DNA of 64,000 bases from Octopus bimaculoides. Lineage: Eukaryota. A program made the translations under genes and the position numbers. Below, one piece after another: positions 61,601 through 64,000 of the stretch; positions within the stretch are counted from its first letter, which is position 1, and the number at the start of each line of letters is the position of its first letter. Below the pieces are notes generated by a model. That model saw only the letters and a program-made list of their open reading frames with translations, was not told the DNA's origin and did no database searches. Location: assembly GCF_001194135.2 (NCBI RefSeq), contig NC_068983.1, positions 31,941,858 through 32,005,857 of the forward strand, in the 5' to 3' direction.

Positions 61601-63051
61601 CAATGAGGTAAACACAAAGTGCAGACTCTGCAATGACAAGTGGGTCAACCATGTCTTCAGACCAGCAGTGAAAAAGTACCTTCTGGAGAATGATCTTCCT
61701 CTCAAGGCTCTCTTCATCCTCAACAATGCTCCTGCTCACCCTCCTAACCTCAAAGATGATATCCTGGATGAATTTAAACGCATGAAAGTTTTGTGCCTTT
61801 CATGCAACACCAAACCTATTTTGTAGCTCATGGACCAACAGGTGATTTCTAATTTTAAGAAAATGTACACGAAACACTTGTTTTGTAGATGCTTTGAAGT
61901 CACCGAAAATACAAATCTAACCCTTTGTGAGTTTTGGAAGGAACACTACAACTTTAACTGCCTGAAAATCATTGATATGGCCTGGCAGGGTGTAATGAGA
62001 ACACTGAATTCTGCATGGTGGAAGTTGTGGCCTGACTGCATACAAAACAGACTTTGAGGAGCTTGAGTCTGAGACACCTGTAGTTGAGGAGATAGTCTTT
62101 CTTGGCAAGTCCATGGGCTTCAAGGTTGACAATGGGGGCATTAATGATCTTGTCAAGGAACACTCAGAGAAGCTGACAATGGACGCACTCCTGCAGCTTC
62201 AGGAGCAGCAGCATTCAGATGTGGTAGAAGAGACTGGAGGAGGACATTGTAGCAGAGAAAGCTAACTCTATGAGTGACATAAAAGCAATGTTGGTAAAGT
62301 GGCAGTATGTTTCTGAATTTGTAGAAAAAAAAAAAACCATCCTGGACAAGTATCTGCAGCTGATTTATTTAATGACACTGCTCTGGTGCATTTTTGTAAC
62401 ATTTTGAAAGGCAGGAAAACACAGACTTCTCTTGATATGTTTCTAATGAAATGACTTGCAAGTGTGAAAAATGAAGAACGTGTGTCCAAAAAGCCTAAAT
62501 TAAGCAAAGTGAGAGAGAAAAAAACCAGAAATTGTTCTTCTCAAAGTCTTAACGGAAGGAAATTCTTCTTCCAAACAATAATCTTCCTCTTTTCTGCTCC
62601 ATCATCTTCCTCAGGCACAAATTATCCCATCTTTAAGGTAATTAAGTTAATAAAACCAGTTTACATATTTCTTTTGCATTCTCTTTTATTATGCTTTTAT
62701 AATTGCCATTTTCTTTGTAATTGCACCTTTTCTGTTTTAAAACCCATAAAAAATGATTTTTAGGTGGTTTTGAGGGGCTGGAATGGATTAATTATATTTT
62801 AATTAATATCAATGGGGAAAATTGATTTTAAAATGAGCTCAGTCATGGAATGAATTAAACTTGTACTGCGAGGTATCATGTATATACCTTTTTGATGTTA
62901 ATCTAATGTCCATTGAGCCTCATTGATTAATCATATGTAATTTAACAAATGTACTTGCCCCTTGATTTTGACATTTCAGTCGGATGTTCCCTTGTAATAC
63001 TCCAGAACTTTCTATGTCCCCTTTAACACAGTACACATCAACTTCACTAGC
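55494..63051 (-). CDS. FAM185A: Protein FAM185A-like (DUF4097/putative adhesin-type repeats), 3' five exons; 5' end lies beyond the window
   Basis: Join (minus) 62959-63051, 58386-58569, 57344-57442, 56672-56836, 55494-55615 = 663 nt, open and in phase. Motifs DRLQGQTI, SIGSCHGD, NHKGDII and the C-terminal KAIANQGNLTLKKQDWLSSL match my recollection of FAM185A (DKLQGSSV, TLGSVHGN, SHKGSII, KADAPKGTVSFRRQSWFQSL). Confidence 0.85.
56672..56836 (-). CDS. FAM185A: FAM185A internal exon
   Basis: tcaag|GT GAT ATT...CGG G|gtaagt, DIILGFCPTLKANFELNAKKIKLDEDF...HMELR. Confidence 0.82.
56890..56990. repeat. (GAT/AAT)n microsatellite in a FAM185A intron
   Basis: Direct observation; it explains the poly-I and poly-M ORFs. 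Confidence 0.95.
57344..57442 (-). CDS. FAM185A: FAM185A internal exon
   Basis: ttccag|AA AAT...AAA G|gtatat, NLEGHLDGTTDEGDMDIGLTNTPKNVSVENHK. Confidence 0.85.
58386..58569 (-). CDS. FAM185A: FAM185A internal exon
   Basis: tacag|GTT ATC AAA...ATT A|gtaagc, VIKADRLQGQTIHCSVGGG...GSCHGDTMILMKEGNVKI. Confidence 0.88.
59060..59886 (+). mobile_element. R4/Dong-clade non-LTR retrotransposon, 5' piece of RT
   Basis: NYRPIICLPTIYKTLTSIL, KGCKRNSYGCKDQLLIN, GIFQG.SLS.L.F. Confidence 0.85.
59887..60707 (-). mobile_element. Gypsy-type LTR retrotransposon 3' fragment (integrase C-terminus plus short LTR)
   Basis: FRAAYRQSGNGIVERHHRTIK is the rve catalytic-E region. Candidate TG...CA LTR at ~59887-60045. 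CpG-rich, hence probably young. Contains an N-gap. Confidence 0.85.
60708..61645 (+). mobile_element. R4/Dong-clade element, 3' piece
   Basis: F.FDKCAK, ELDQEGFYKFLG, MHHPK..IH.LY....EGGRGL, KPLHGQYP, GLKAETEGFIL, KCRLC. Confidence 0.82.
61660..62880 (+). mobile_element. Tigger/pogo (DDE_1) transposon 3' part
   Basis: LPLKALFILNNAPAHPP, MDQQVISNFKK.YTK, NCLKIIDMAWQGV, LNSAWWKLWPDC; TIR-like gtactgcgaggtatca near 62860-62880. Confidence 0.88.
62959..63051 (-). CDS. FAM185A: FAM185A internal exon ending in a GC donor
   Basis: ttccag|GCT AGT GAA...CAA GGG|gcaagt, ASEVDVYCVKGDIESSGVLQGNIRLKCQNQG. Confidence 0.78.
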
Positions 63052-64000
63052 CTGGAAAAGAAAACAACAGAAAATGAAAACTGTAATGGCAAGATATTTC
63101 AATCATGGAATATTTGAATGGCCTGGATGGAAGTAGCATATAAGTTTAGGTAAATATTTTTGTAAATGCAATAGTTTCAGCATACAATGACTGAACAGAA
63201 CTTAGAAATGAAAGGTGATAAAAAGAAAATCAATTTAAATGATGAACATGAGTGATAAGAAAAAGAAAATTTATAAATATCTCTCATAGTACCAGCAGCA
63301 TACTGAGGTCAATTTGATTTATATCTTTACCATAAAAAGAGTCTTTTGGCTACACACAGATGTAGAATAAAACATAATTTCCTGGTAAGCCAAATCCTTG
63401 AACAGATTTCAATACCTGGGTATAGATATTACATCGACAGAATGAACTGCAGATAGCTGGATCATAAGGTATCAGACAAACAATCAAGAGAACAGTAGTG
63501 CACATCCTGTCATAAGTACTATGTTGTATACGTGACAAAAACATTTAGTCTTTAATTGCCCAAATTACTTGGCTTTAAATAGGTACCACACAATGGTATA
63601 GTGCCCCACTATAATCAGTGACAGCACAAATGAGTTAATGAATGTTTCAATGGATTTCAGTGCTGAATTCAAACCCTTTCATGGTAAAAACCACTTGCAA
63701 TAGATTAGTCTATCAACCAGGAGCAGAAGAATTCATCTCCTATCCAATTGATATTACAGTAGATAAGAACTATTCCTATGGATGACTGAGATTTGGAAAG
63801 AATACTGATTAAATAGGCCTATGGCACCTAAGTAATCAAGCAAATGACTAGGTGTAATTTATAGCTAAGAATACATCATGGTCTGATTGAAGATGATAAT
63901 GCACATTCTGATATGTAGTGGTTAATTGAATGTGGTGCAGTATGGCAGCTTATGTTGTGCTCTCCACTTTCCAGTCAATAAATTCTGATGGTGGCCTTCA

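Noticed and set aside
63350-63544. Candidate further FAM185A exon
   Set aside because: No frame gives FAM185A-like sequence; the upstream exons probably lie outside the window.

Overview
AT-rich, repeat-dense animal genomic DNA with six N-gaps. Its SINE and RTE-tail repeats look like those of a coleoid cephalopod, probably Octopus (recalled, not verified). Three conserved intron-containing genes can be rebuilt by hand. ARPC4 (minus strand, complete, 168 aa) and NUDCD3 (plus strand, complete, 8 exons, 345 aa) sit head-to-head about 5.95 kb apart. FAM185A (minus strand) contributes its last 5 exons, one with a GC-AG intron. An unidentified 235-244 aa minus-strand ORF with a tandemly duplicated micro-exon lies between NUDCD3 and FAM185A. 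Most other ORF-track entries are transposon debris: DD37D maT, two mariners plus a fragment, Tigger/pogo, a Merlin-like MITE, RTE, CR1-like, R4/Dong, CRE, a Gypsy integrase with LTR, and tRNA-derived SINEs. The two most unusual structures are (i) a tRNA-headed SINE with a minimal hammerhead ribozyme and Penelope-type insertion hallmarks, and (ii) an ORF1-only (HAL1-like) LINE derivative inserted between the A and B boxes of a SINE whose 3' tail it shares. All calls are from manual reading; no searches were run.
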